From Chitinophagales bacterium (GTDB lineage: Bacteria; Bacteroidota; Bacteroidia; Chitinophagales; Chitinophagaceae), in NCBI GenBank assembly GCA_038239385.1, contig JBBSEV010000016.1, forward strand, positions 14,534-78,533: a stretch of 64,000 bases of DNA, written 5' to 3'. Below the pieces are notes generated by a model. That model had not been told where the DNA came from and made no database searches. It saw only the letters and a program-made list of their open reading frames with translations. A program made the translations under genes and the position numbers. Every line of letters starts with the position of its first letter. The first letter of the stretch is position 1. This document shows, piece after piece, positions 27,610-38,203 of the stretch.

Positions 27610-29265
27610 ATGGATTTTAAAAATTTTAGCCTCCCTTATGAAATTGATCAACGCTATTCTAAAAAAATTGCCTATTTCTCAATGGAGTTTGCTATTCATC
27701 AGCCTTTAAAAATTTATAGTGGTGGCCTTGGGTTCTTATCAGGATCACATCTAAGAAGCGCCTACGAATTAAAACAGAATTTGGTAGGTATTGGTATCCT
27801 TTGGAAGGAAGGATATTATGACCAGGCACGAAATGCTGACCAGACTTTAAAGGTTGAATGGATTGAGAAAGTTTATAATTTCCTTGAGGACACCGGTATT
27901 CTTTTCCAGATAAATATTCATGACCACCCTGTGTGGGTAAAAGTGCTGTACCTGAATCCAAAAACTTTTAATACCGCTCCTCTTTTTCTTCTGAGTACAG
28001 ACTTGCCGGAAAATGATTATGTATCGCGGACAATTTGTAACCGCCTTTATGATGGGAACGCTGCGACCAAAATAGCCCAGTTCATTTTATTAGGTATTGG
28101 CGGCGCTAAGCTGATTGATGAAATAAATTTCAACCCTGACCTGTATCATTTAAATGAAGCGCATGCAGTGAGTTCGGTTTTTTACTTATACAAAAAATTA
28201 GGCAGTAAAGAAGCCGTTAAGAAAAAGCTGGTTTTTACCACACACACACCCGAGGAAGCTGGTAATGAAAAGCATGATATTTTTCTTTGTGAAAAGATGA
28301 GTTATTTCTGTGGGATTAACCTTGATGAAGTAAGGTTTCTTACTGGTATGACCGATAATCTTTTTAATCACTCGCTGGCTGCTTTGCGCTTTGCTCATTT
28401 GGCAAATGGCGTTTCACAACTTCATGGCGAAGTTAGCAGGCAAATGTGGGGCAAGTATGATAATATATGTGAAATTAAATCAATAACCAATGCTCAAAAC
28501 TGGCAGTATTGGGCAGATAAAGAATTATACAGGGCAAAGGAAGAATACAACGACATTTGGTTTGATGAGAGAAAAAGAAATTTAAAGAAAAACGCTTTAG
28601 AAATTGTAGCCGATCAAACGGGCAAGATAATGAGCCCGAATGTACTTACTATTGTATGGGCAAGAAGATTTGCGGGTTATAAAAGAGCGGAGCTTATAAG
28701 CAGGGATCATAATCGTTTCGAAGCATTATTAAATAATCCTAAATACCCCGTTCAGATTATTTGGGCGGGCAAACCTTACCCTTTGGACTTTCCGGCAATT
28801 AGTGATTTCAATCACCTGGTGAATTTAAGCAAACAATACAAAAATGTAGCTGTTTGTATTGGTTACGAACTTACCCTGAGCAGGCAACTAAAACAGGCCG
28901 CTGATGTATGGCTTAACAATCCAAGGGTGCCGAGAGAAGCGAGCGGTACCAGTGGAATGACGGCTGCAATGAATGGAGCCGTGAACTTAAGCACTAACGA
29001 TGGCTGGATATGCGAATTCATTAACAACGGCAATAATGGATTTGTTGTGCCGCCTGCAGATTATATGAACATGCATATAGAAGAACAGGATGATTATGAT
29101 CTTAATAAATTATATGAAATCCTGGAGAATGAAATTCTTCCACTTTATTATAATGATTTCAATACCTGGCGGCAAATTGTAAAGAACGGAATGCGTGATG
29201 TTCAGGTACAGTTTGACAGCAATCGTATGGTTAATGAATATTACGAGATTTTGTATAAGGATTAG
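27610..29265 (+). CDS. Alpha-glucan phosphorylase family protein (GT35, short form) with Thr at the PLP-lysine position
   Basis: Motifs AYFSMEF, YSGGLGFLSG, HLNEAHA, FTTHTP, NGVSQLHGEVSR, RRFAGYKR, DVWLNNPRVPREASGTSGMTAAMNG and DGW. ATG at 27610. Confidence 0.85.
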   Translation: MDFKNFSLPYEIDQRYSKKIAYFSMEFAIHQPLKIYSGGLGFLSGSHLRSAYELKQNLVGIGILWKEGYYDQARNADQTLKVEWIEKVYNFLEDTGILFQINIHDHPVWVKVLYLNPKTFNTAPLFLLSTDLPENDYVSRTICNRLYDGNAATKIAQFILLGIGGAKLIDEINFNPDLYHLNEAHAVSSVFYLYKKLGSKEAVKKKLVFTTHTPEEAGNEKHDIFLCEKMSYFCGINLDEVRFLTGMTDNLFNHSLAALRFAHLANGVSQLHGEVSRQMWGKYDNICEIKSITNAQNWQYWADKELYRAKEEYNDIWFDERKRNLKKNALEIVADQTGKIMSPNVLTIVWARRFAGYKRAELISRDHNRFEALLNNPKYPVQIIWAGKPYPLDFPAISDFNHLVNLSKQYKNVAVCIGYELTLSRQLKQAADVWLNNPRVPREASGTSGMTAAMNGAVNLSTNDGWICEFINNGNNGFVVPPADYMNMHIEEQDDYDLNKLYEILENEILPLYYNDFNTWRQIVKNGMRDVQVQFDSNRMVNEYYEILYKD

Positions 29266-29320
29266 TTTAGATTTTTATTCAGACTTGTTTGCAGATAAGT
29301 ATAAATTTATAAATAAAAAG

Positions 29321-29349
29321 AAGCCATTCTTTGATAGATGGCTTTTTTT
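29321..29349. terminator. Bidirectional terminator between convergent genes
   Basis: aagccat/atggctt stem, with T-runs following on both strands. Confidence 0.55.
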
Positions 29350-29386
29350 ATTTGAATTGGGAAATCAAAATTCCTCAATTTTTTTT

Positions 29387-32300
29387 CTATTGCTTCACCA
29401 ATTTTATCGTCTTACTGTCGATTCCGCTTTTGACTTTCAGTATATATACTCCAGCAGCAAATTTTTCAATCGGTAAATTTATCTGGGAATGATTGTCATT
29501 AAATTTTTTCCAAATTACTTTGCCTGTTATATCGGTAATGGTTATGCTCACATCTTTAACACTCCCTTTAATTTGTAATGAGGAAAAACTATTCGCTGGG
29601 TTAGGATAAATTATTGCATCAAACTTCTCAGCATTTAATTCCGAGATAAGAGAACTTATTTTTGTGGAGTTTACTGAAGCAAACGTATTATTTGTTAGAT
29701 CGCCTGCATATAATTCCTGCCCATACTTATAAGTGTATGCTCCAAAAAATAACTTGTTACTGCTTACCGTTAAATTTTGTATTGAAGTCAATCCTACCAG
29801 GCCAGGATCACCTACAGGATTTGTATTGGCATCCGTGCCGTCAGACGACCATATAGCTGGGTTGCTTGTATAATGATCTCTCAAAAAATACAGTTTGCCT
29901 CCGGCAGTACAAAAATTATCAAAGTAGCTAAAGTCCCCTCCGGCTGAAATATCTTTTACCATTATTGTCCCTTCGGCTTTGCCATTACTTTTCCAGAGTT
30001 CTTTGCCATTTATTCCATCATCGGCAGTAAAAAATAATGTTCCATTTACGTCAGTTAAATTATACGGATTAGAATCATAAAAAGGATTAATGTCTTTTAC
30101 AAGTTTAGTGCTTGAAGGCGCACCATCGGTTTGCCATAACTCACCACCCTGGTAAGGGTTAGCATTATAATCAATTGCGTTGAAAAATAATTTATTGTTT
30201 GAAACACAGAATAGCTGGCTAATACTATAATTATCGTATCCGAAGGCAGGTGTAATTTGTTTTAGTTTGATGGTCCCGTTAGGTGTGCCATTACTTTTCC
30301 AAAATTCGGTGCTATATCCGTCGCCATCATAGGCACCGAAATAAACTTCATTTTTATAAACAAATAGACTAAACGGATACGAGCCGAGATAGCCTTTATA
30401 AATATCTTTTACGAGTTTTGTGCCTGCCACACTTCCATCACTTTTCCATAATTCATAGCCATGTTCATAATCGCCTGCCACAAAGTACACGGTGTTACCC
30501 GCAGTAACTATATAAGGATTGAAATATAATGCGGGAGATAATAGGTAAGTGCCCGGCAGCGTTCCATCACTTCTCCATAAATCGTAAGTGAAAGTAGAGA
30601 AATTAAAAATCGTGTAATAAACGAGTCCATTATCAGTAACATTATATCCCAGTAAATAGGCGTTATTGACATCAACTATTTTTTTAGTACTAACGGTTGT
30701 GCCATCAGTTTTATAGATAGCAGAGCTTCCATCTGTATTATTTGCCCTAAAGTAAGCGATCCCATTTTTATTTAGAAAAGCATTTGGGTATGAATCCGCC
30801 TCGCCCTCAAGAATATCTTTTAATAAAAGTGTTCCGTCATTTGATCCATCGGATTTATAAACTTCATAACCATGCGCTCTTTCAGTTGCATTAAAAACAA
30901 CGCCATTATTTAATGCACACATATCACCGTGCGAATAGCCGCCTGCGTTAGAACTGCTTGTTGTGTTCGTGTTGATGTCTTTTAATAAATAAGTTCCGGC
31001 TGTTGTCCCGTCTGAAACGTAAAGTGAGCCACCTTTAATATTATCTGCGCCATTAAATAATAGTTTGCCATTGCATTCGGTAAGATAGTAGGGACGACTG
31101 CTTGTTTTACCCGGCCAAATGTCTTTTACAAGTTTAGTGCCCTGGGGCGTTCCATCGCTTTTCCATAATTCATTTCCATATACCGCATCTACCTTGTTAA
31201 AGAATAAAAGACCATTTCCATTATTATAATCAAAAGTAACTTGTCCCGGAGGGTAGATAACTATCCTCTTTGTGTTAGTATCATCTCCGTCGCTTTCCCA
31301 CAATTCATCATGATATCCTCTGCTTGAATTTATTACTTTAAAATAAAGCCGGTTATTGACAATTGCAAAATCAACAGGAGTTATAAAGTCCACCTCAGGA
31401 CTTGTTGTAAGATCCTTCACTAATATTTCACCATTGGTATTTGAGGCGTCATATTTATATAGTCCACCTCCGCCAGTATATATGTAACCCGCAAAATATA
31501 AAATATTATTTATGACTGGAAATGGATTCCTTGTACCAACATTTAAATAGTCGGGTTGCATAAATACATCATTATTGCCGGTTGCATAATTTGTGCCTGC
31601 ATTGGTACCATCTGATGTCCACAATCTTCTGCCTGTACCATCGTCAACAGAGAAATAGAGTTTGCTATTGTATTCAGTTAATTGCAGAGGAGCTATATAA
31701 TCGTATTGAAAATATCCAATTTGTTTTGGAATATAAGTGCCCGCATCTGTGCCGTCACTTCTCCATAACTGCCACCCACTATTGTAAGAATAAGCGGTAA
31801 AAAATAGTAATCCATGTGCGGATGTAGATTGAGAAACCTGAGCTATATTATCTGAAATCGAAAGATCCTTTACTATTATAGTACCAGCTGTTGTGCCATC
31901 TGTCTTCCACAATTGCGTTCCGTTTGCTATAAAAAAAACAGATTTATTGACACCTACAAACTGGTTTGGGTAACTGCCATCTGTTCCAAAACTTATATCG
32001 AGCAATTGATGAGTGCCTGGCTCCGTACCATCCGAAACCCACGGCTCATCTCCATAGTCTGCAGTTTTTGCGGGCAAATATAATTTACCATCGGCCACTG
32101 TGATATTGCCATTATTGCCTGATGAAGCTTCGCCTGGATTTATATCTTTTATCAGGTAAGTGCCTGCTGCCGTAGCATTACTTCGCCATAGTTCGAAGCC
32201 GTGAATTCCATCATCAGCCATGAAATAACTTACATTGTTTAGCACGGCGAACTCGGACGGGTAATTATATTGAGTATAATTTTGAGGATCACTTTCTGAC

Positions 32301-32626
32301 CGTGCATTAATGTCTTTAGTAAGATGAAAATTTCCGTTCATATTTTGTTGGCTTATTGGCCTCTGAACAAGGCTTTGGCTGGAGGATGCAGATTGCTGCT
32401 GATTTTTTGCCTGGCCTCCATATCCATTTGGATTTGCAAGGCCTGGATCAAAGGATTGTTTTAACTTTTGCTGATCATTAAGGGCAGGAACCGGAAGTTT
32501 TTTTCCAAAAGGTATCTGATCAACACCATTTGGTTTTGGATAAGTTATTTTTATTTGTTGTGCGTAACCTGTATTTGCTACATAAAAAAGCACAAGCAGC
32601 AAACAGAACAAAATTTTTATTTTCAT
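29387..32626 (-). CDS. ELWxxDGT-repeat protein with a T9SS C-terminal sorting domain
   Basis: 1079 aa with a signal peptide. About 16 repeats of the (E/Q)LW(K/R)(S/T)DGT..GT type. The C-terminal sorting domain reads IYPNPANSFSSLQI...GVYILKVKS. Confidence 0.88.
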   Translation of the reverse strand: MKIKILFCLLLVLFYVANTGYAQQIKITYPKPNGVDQIPFGKKLPVPALNDQQKLKQSFDPGLANPNGYGGQAKNQQQSASSSQSLVQRPISQQNMNGNFHLTKDINARSESDPQNYTQYNYPSEFAVLNNVSYFMADDGIHGFELWRSNATAAGTYLIKDINPGEASSGNNGNITVADGKLYLPAKTADYGDEPWVSDGTEPGTHQLLDISFGTDGSYPNQFVGVNKSVFFIANGTQLWKTDGTTAGTIIVKDLSISDNIAQVSQSTSAHGLLFFTAYSYNSGWQLWRSDGTDAGTYIPKQIGYFQYDYIAPLQLTEYNSKLYFSVDDGTGRRLWTSDGTNAGTNYATGNNDVFMQPDYLNVGTRNPFPVINNILYFAGYIYTGGGGLYKYDASNTNGEILVKDLTTSPEVDFITPVDFAIVNNRLYFKVINSSRGYHDELWESDGDDTNTKRIVIYPPGQVTFDYNNGNGLLFFNKVDAVYGNELWKSDGTPQGTKLVKDIWPGKTSSRPYYLTECNGKLLFNGADNIKGGSLYVSDGTTAGTYLLKDINTNTTSSSNAGGYSHGDMCALNNGVVFNATERAHGYEVYKSDGSNDGTLLLKDILEGEADSYPNAFLNKNGIAYFRANNTDGSSAIYKTDGTTVSTKKIVDVNNAYLLGYNVTDNGLVYYTIFNFSTFTYDLWRSDGTLPGTYLLSPALYFNPYIVTAGNTVYFVAGDYEHGYELWKSDGSVAGTKLVKDIYKGYLGSYPFSLFVYKNEVYFGAYDGDGYSTEFWKSNGTPNGTIKLKQITPAFGYDNYSISQLFCVSNNKLFFNAIDYNANPYQGGELWQTDGAPSSTKLVKDINPFYDSNPYNLTDVNGTLFFTADDGINGKELWKSNGKAEGTIMVKDISAGGDFSYFDNFCTAGGKLYFLRDHYTSNPAIWSSDGTDANTNPVGDPGLVGLTSIQNLTVSSNKLFFGAYTYKYGQELYAGDLTNNTFASVNSTKISSLISELNAEKFDAIIYPNPANSFSSLQIKGSVKDVSITITDITGKVIWKKFNDNHSQINLPIEKFAAGVYILKVKSGIDSKTIKLVKQ

Positions 32627-32991
32627 GATTTTATAATTTGATTGTTTAAAAATTAAAACAGAGCCATAGGCTTTAGAAGTTGAGTAAAGGATAGAATAGT
32701 GGATTTGTTATAACTCAGAGGAGGTAATAATTTACAGAAGGAAACGGAGTCTTTGATATCTAATGAAGAAGTAAAAAGAAATTAAAGGGATTAAAAAAAC
32801 TACCAGATAAAAGACATTCAAGTTTAATTGTAAAAAAATTTATAAAATCCCCGCAACCTTGATCAATTGCGGGAATGTTAGAATCTTTTTTTTTAAATTT
32901 TATTGTTGAATTTACGCAACCAGATGACATGTTAATAAAGATGTATGCGGGCAATATATCTCTCATTTTAAATACTCAATTTCATCTTTTA

Positions 32992-33921
32992 TTATTCCCC
33001 CAAAGTTTTAGGAACATGAGTGTCAGGAGTTTTAAAAGGAAGTAATTTTTTTAGGATGTTTAAAGGCGTTTTTGTGAAATTATTTCTGGGAACATCGCAT
33101 GTGGACGTAGATGTTCTTGTAAACGCAACCAATTCCGTAACACCATCCACGTCAAAGAGATGAAGATTTACTTTATTTGCAAAACCGTCATTGTCATATT
33201 CAAGTGTAGAAGTAATTGCATTATAACCACCCTGAAATCCCCAATGCCAATCTACTGCATTGTTGACACTAAACATCATAAAGGTATAAGCATCTAATTC
33301 ACTATGTAAAAGGATATATTTTATCCATTGATTACCTGACATAAAATTTAATTTATTATCATATTTTGACACTTGATAAGCGACAAAAACAGGCGTAAAG
33401 ACAGTGCCGCCATTTTCTGCTTCCCATGTTACTCTTGTAACATTGTGCATGTCATTATAAGTATAAGTTTCCGCTAAGTTGTTTTGTGGATTAATTATAT
33501 TGGTTTCATCCATTCTTATCATTTCACCTTTGATATTATAATGAAAACTATCAACAGATATTAATCCGCCGAAAGCCGGATAGTAATAGTTTAAAACTGT
33601 AGGCAAAAATGTATTGTCTTTATAAATAAAATCGAAATGTATACCAGCAGCACCGAAATTAACTTTTATTAGCCTGTCTTTATTATCATATTGAATGGTT
33701 ACAGGAGAGCCTTCAAAATTCATTGAATCTGGATTCCCCTTTTTGTTATAAATAATATTGAGTGAATAACCAAAAAGATCATCGTCCGTGTGAGTAACCA
33801 GGCATTTGGCGTTTGGTTGATCATAATCGTGGTTGATAAATTCTATACCTTTTTTACACGATGTAATTAACAAAATTAAAATTGTAGAAAGCAATAACGC
33901 TCTTTGTTTGAAAGTTTGCAT
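32992..33921 (-). CDS. Hypothetical lipoprotein
   Basis: ATG at 33921 gives MQTFKQRALLLSTILILLITSCKKG (lipobox). I recognise no family. Confidence 0.6.
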   Translation of the reverse strand: MQTFKQRALLLSTILILLITSCKKGIEFINHDYDQPNAKCLVTHTDDDLFGYSLNIIYNKKGNPDSMNFEGSPVTIQYDNKDRLIKVNFGAAGIHFDFIYKDNTFLPTVLNYYYPAFGGLISVDSFHYNIKGEMIRMDETNIINPQNNLAETYTYNDMHNVTRVTWEAENGGTVFTPVFVAYQVSKYDNKLNFMSGNQWIKYILLHSELDAYTFMMFSVNNAVDWHWGFQGGYNAITSTLEYDNDGFANKVNLHLFDVDGVTELVAFTRTSTSTCDVPRNNFTKTPLNILKKLLPFKTPDTHVPKTLGE

Positions 33922-34280
33922 GATTAAAAGTTTATTAGTCAATAATAAATGAATCCAGGTTTTGAAAATCTATTCAAACATATGATCGGCTATAATTTTT
34001 TCCTGCCCCTTGATGGCAGATCAACAATTATATTGAGGGAGCAGCAGTTTTATTGAGGGGGCATTTAACTTTGAATGCAAATTCAGCAATACTTTAATTT
34101 TATCAATGGGAACATAACCATGAATAAAAGTTTATGAGTGTTCAAAATTATCAGCATCTTTTTACTTACTAAAAATATAGGTTGCTTACCATACATATAT
34201 GGTGTTTCACAGGTAACTTAATTTGAAGAATAGATAACTCTCTTACATTTACTCATTAAATTATTGTTGTGCCTAAAACG

Positions 34281-37200
34281 ATGCTATACATATTTATTAC
34301 AGCATGCTGCATAACATGTTCCTGTTTTGCTCAATTCGATAAACAAACAAAAGCGCCTGCTGACGAAACTATTTATATTACAAAGTATGATTCAAACCCG
34401 CCACCACTTGACTTTCGCAGTTTTGGTTATAAAGACGGTTTACCAAGAGGAGTTGTCAATGATTTTGTACAAACTGATGACGGCTTTATATGGTTAGCCA
34501 TCTTAAAGTTGGGGCTTGTACGTTTTGATGGCTATCATTTCAAAATATTTAAACCAATAATTGGAGATACATCAAGCCTTCCTGATGATTATATATTTCA
34601 GATTGTGAAAAGCCATAGAAATGGTTTGTGGATAGCAAGCGCTTCTGGTATAATATGGTTTGATTTAGCTACTTATAAAAGCTATCTTATAAAACTGCCT
34701 GTAAGGTTTTGGCCAATGTTCTATCATGTATTTGAAGATAGTAAGCAACGGTTATGGGTTTACTGGGGAAAACAATTTTATTTATACGAGCATACAAGCA
34801 ACAAATTTACAGAGATAAAAAATCGTATCGCTACAGATGCATTTAGTGGTAAAAAATTAAATATTGAAAACGCAGTGTTTTACGATATAAAAGAATCGCA
34901 GGATGGTGATCTTTTTTTATTAGGCAATTTTCTTTTTAAATATAATCACACAGATTCGGAATTCACAGTTTACGAAAAAACAAGAAATAATGTTGCTGAT
35001 TATAGAGCATCAGCTTTTGATGAAGAAAAAAAAAATATTTGGCTTTCAGGTTGGAACGGGCTACTGAAATATAATTATAAAAATGACAGCCTTGTGGATT
35101 ATAATTTTGAAAAAATCGGCACACAGGCAAACATTGAAAACCATTCTTTCGTTTCTCTAAAAAATAGTAGTCAATTATGGCTTCCCAATGAGCAACAGAT
35201 AAGGGTTTTTGATAAAAACACAAGTAAAGTATCTCTTTATAAAAAAAGTAATACTGAAAATCTTTTGGTTACTAAATCAAATGTGAAAGGTATAAATGGA
35301 ATTGAATGGTTTTGGGATTACAAAAGCGGCTTTGTGACTCTGCTTCCGTCTGTTAACCGTTTTTTATATAATAAGATTTTACCTAAAGATGAAAGAGTGC
35401 TTTGCCAATGGCATGATTCATTAAACAATATCATTTGGTATGGCACTGAAGACAGAACTCGAATTGGACATCTTTATAAATATAATACCGGCACAAATAG
35501 ATTTATCCGGATAAAAATACCTTTAAAAGGAATTGGAGCTGTACGTTTTATAATTCCTGATTTAAACAACACGTGCTTAGTAGCTGTTACAGATATACTA
35601 CCTCCTAACCCTACCGGCAAGTTGTTTTTTCTAAATACAGAAACAAATACATTAACTCCTGTAACCAAACAAATAAGCAACCATAATAAATTTACTACTG
35701 ATAGTATAAGATATCGAAATGCCTATCTTGATAAAGCAGGCAATTACTGGATAACTACTGAAGGGCAAGGTTTGATAAACTATAATATTAAATCGCAGCA
35801 ATTTTTTCAATACGTATCCAATTCAAAAGACAGTACCACACTTTCAAGTAATTATATATATTCTGTAGCCTGCGGCAGTAATAATACAGTATGGACAGGA
35901 AGTGATTATGAAGTGGATAGTGTGCTGAACAAGCTAGATGTGACTACAGGCAAAGTACAACGCATCCTATTATTTTCGAATAATTTTAGGATACAGCCTT
36001 TATGTGAAGATGAAAAAGGAAATGTTTGGATAAGCACTAATTCAGGTTTAGCGTGTTATAACCGCTATTCGGGTGAAAAGTATATTGTACGTGAAATTGC
36101 ACAATTAATTACAAGAGCTTATGAAGATTCAAATGGAAATATTATTGCACTTAATGCAGAAGGCGTCTGGTTGTATAACCCTGTTAAAAGAATTACAAGG
36201 CGGTTTGATGAACAGGACGGAATAAGGCTTGAATATTTTGAAGATGATTATGTCTCAAAAAGAATTTGTTTGCTTAATGATTCCATTTTCATCAGCGACT
36301 CTTATCGTTTTCCCGTGAGCGATCTTTATCCTAAACAAGAAGTGCCGCCTTTACATTTTACCAGCATCAAAATATTTGGTAAAGAATTGACCACAACAAA
36401 AAATGTAGATGCGCTTGATACCTTGATATTACAGCATAATGAAAACCAGTTAAGCTTTGAATTTGCAGCGCTTAGCTTTTTATCAACAGAAAGAAATGCT
36501 TATACCTGTATGCTGCAAGGTGCAGATACAAGCTGGCAACAATTAGGTGCAGATAACTCCATCATTTATGCCAACCTTTCGCCGGGTAATTATACTTTCA
36601 AAGTAAAAACGGCAAACCTCGATGGTATATGGGGGAACGAAAGAAAAATGTATGTTGAGATTGTTCCGGCATTCTGGCAAACAACCTGGTTTAAGTCATT
36701 AATACTAATCTTGATTGCGGCTTTTCTATATTGGCTTTACAGAAATCGTTTAGATAAGGTTAACCTGAAAAACAAAATAAAAAATGAACACCTCGAAATA
36801 CAAAAACGAGAAGCAGAGTTTAAAAGAAAATTATCAGAGATAGAAATGGCGGCTTTACGTTCGCAAATGAATCCGCATTTTATTTTTAATTGTCTTAACT
36901 CAATAAAACTATATACTGTACAAAACGATTCTATTGCTGCATCAGAATACCTTACTAAGTTTTCGAGATTGATAAGATTAGTCCTTGAGAATTCCCGCAA
37001 AGAAAGGGTGGAGCTTCAATCGGAATTAGAGTCATTAAGATTATACATCGAAATGGAAGCTATGCGTTTTAAAGAAAAGCTGCAATATACCATTACCGAA
37101 AATATGGATACCTCTTTTACAGAAATACCGCCTTTACTTATACAGCCTTATGTAGAGAATGCTATCTGGCATGGCCTTATGCATAAAGAATCCGGAGGCA

Positions 37201-37466
37201 ACATTCATATTATTGTAGACAAAGTCGGCACAGATGATATTTTACAAATAACTATTACCGATGATGGTGTTGGTCGTGTAAAAGCAGCAGAACTAAAAAG
37301 CAAATCTGCGGTAATAGGAAAATCATTTGGTATGAAAGTAACCTCTGAGCGCATAGCTATTATTAACCAGTTATACAATACCAATACAACTGTGCAAATT
37401 ACGGACCTTTATCAGGAGAATGGCGAGGCATGCGGGACGCAAGTCATACTACAAATTCCAATGTAA
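34281..37466 (+). CDS. Sensor histidine kinase with a propeller/Y_Y_Y periplasmic region and a LytS-type kinase core
   Basis: Propeller-like repeats, a Y_Y_Y-like segment (YTCMLQGADTSWQ), a TM helix (WFKSLILILIAAFLYWLY), the H-box RSQMNPHFIFNCLNSI, and an HATPase region (ENAIWHG...DDGVG). Confidence 0.88.
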   Translation: MLYIFITACCITCSCFAQFDKQTKAPADETIYITKYDSNPPPLDFRSFGYKDGLPRGVVNDFVQTDDGFIWLAILKLGLVRFDGYHFKIFKPIIGDTSSLPDDYIFQIVKSHRNGLWIASASGIIWFDLATYKSYLIKLPVRFWPMFYHVFEDSKQRLWVYWGKQFYLYEHTSNKFTEIKNRIATDAFSGKKLNIENAVFYDIKESQDGDLFLLGNFLFKYNHTDSEFTVYEKTRNNVADYRASAFDEEKKNIWLSGWNGLLKYNYKNDSLVDYNFEKIGTQANIENHSFVSLKNSSQLWLPNEQQIRVFDKNTSKVSLYKKSNTENLLVTKSNVKGINGIEWFWDYKSGFVTLLPSVNRFLYNKILPKDERVLCQWHDSLNNIIWYGTEDRTRIGHLYKYNTGTNRFIRIKIPLKGIGAVRFIIPDLNNTCLVAVTDILPPNPTGKLFFLNTETNTLTPVTKQISNHNKFTTDSIRYRNAYLDKAGNYWITTEGQGLINYNIKSQQFFQYVSNSKDSTTLSSNYIYSVACGSNNTVWTGSDYEVDSVLNKLDVTTGKVQRILLFSNNFRIQPLCEDEKGNVWISTNSGLACYNRYSGEKYIVREIAQLITRAYEDSNGNIIALNAEGVWLYNPVKRITRRFDEQDGIRLEYFEDDYVSKRICLLNDSIFISDSYRFPVSDLYPKQEVPPLHFTSIKIFGKELTTTKNVDALDTLILQHNENQLSFEFAALSFLSTERNAYTCMLQGADTSWQQLGADNSIIYANLSPGNYTFKVKTANLDGIWGNERKMYVEIVPAFWQTTWFKSLILILIAAFLYWLYRNRLDKVNLKNKIKNEHLEIQKREAEFKRKLSEIEMAALRSQMNPHFIFNCLNSIKLYTVQNDSIAASEYLTKFSRLIRLVLENSRKERVELQSELESLRLYIEMEAMRFKEKLQYTITENMDTSFTEIPPLLIQPYVENAIWHGLMHKESGGNIHIIVDKVGTDDILQITITDDGVGRVKAAELKSKSAVIGKSFGMKVTSERIAIINQLYNTNTTVQITDLYQENGEACGTQVILQIPM

Positions 37467-38203
37467 TGCCACTAAAAGTAATAATAATTGATGATGAACC
37501 TGACAGCGTAAAGCTGCTGCAATTGCAACTTGCAGAATATTGCCCGCAGGTAAAAGTTGTGGGTAGCTATACCAGCACTGTTAAAGCGCTGAATGGCATT
37601 GAAATGCTTAAACCAGATTTGCTTTTTCTGGATATAGAAATGCCCGTTATGAACGGCTTTGAAATGCTGGAGAAATTACTTACTGTAAATTTTAGTCTTG
37701 TCTTCGTTACAGCTTATAATCAATTTGCTTTGAAGGCATTTCGTTTTAATGCATTGGATTTTTTAGTAAAACCTATTGATACAAAAGAATTGATAGAAGC
37801 TGTTAGAAAAGCAGAGCTTCGGATAACTCCTACGTCTACACAATTGTCTATGTTGCAAAAACAATTGCGGGGAGAATCCATTACAAAAATTGCAATACCC
37901 GGCCCTCATGGAGTAACTTTTATTGATCTTAACGAAATTGTATATGCTGAAGCAAGTAATAATTATTCAAAGCTAATACTAACCGATAAACGCACTTTTA
38001 TTATTTCCAAAACACTAAAAGACGTTCAGGAAGTTTTGGAGGAAGAACATTTTCTTCGTGTGCACAGGCAATACATTATTAACCTGAATCACGTAAAACA
38101 ATTTAACCGTAATGAAGGAATATTAACAATGGTAAATGGAGAACACATACCTGTCGCCCGTAACCAGAAAGAACACTTAATTGAAAAATATCGGTGGCTC
38201 TAA
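37466..38203 (+). CDS. LytTR family response regulator
   Basis: The ATG at 37466 overlaps the kinase stop (TAATG). Receiver motif LLFLDIEMPVMNG and a C-terminal LytTR domain (FLRVHRQYIINLNHV). Confidence 0.9.
   Translation: MPLKVIIIDDEPDSVKLLQLQLAEYCPQVKVVGSYTSTVKALNGIEMLKPDLLFLDIEMPVMNGFEMLEKLLTVNFSLVFVTAYNQFALKAFRFNALDFLVKPIDTKELIEAVRKAELRITPTSTQLSMLQKQLRGESITKIAIPGPHGVTFIDLNEIVYAEASNNYSKLILTDKRTFIISKTLKDVQEVLEEEHFLRVHRQYIINLNHVKQFNRNEGILTMVNGEHIPVARNQKEHLIEKYRWL

Noticed and set aside
32760-32966. 68-aa minus-strand ORF in the gap between the ELWxxDGT gene and the lipoprotein gene.
   Set aside because: No signal peptide or motif and odd composition. It probably lies in a promoter or leader region.
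37430-37465. Upstream-extended start of the LytTR regulator, and similar extensions at 19530, 24023, 27595, 33942, 34269 and 49611.
   Set aside because: The extensions begin at non-ATG codons or overlap the preceding gene. Internal ATGs give canonical N-termini (receiver domain, signal peptide or lipobox).
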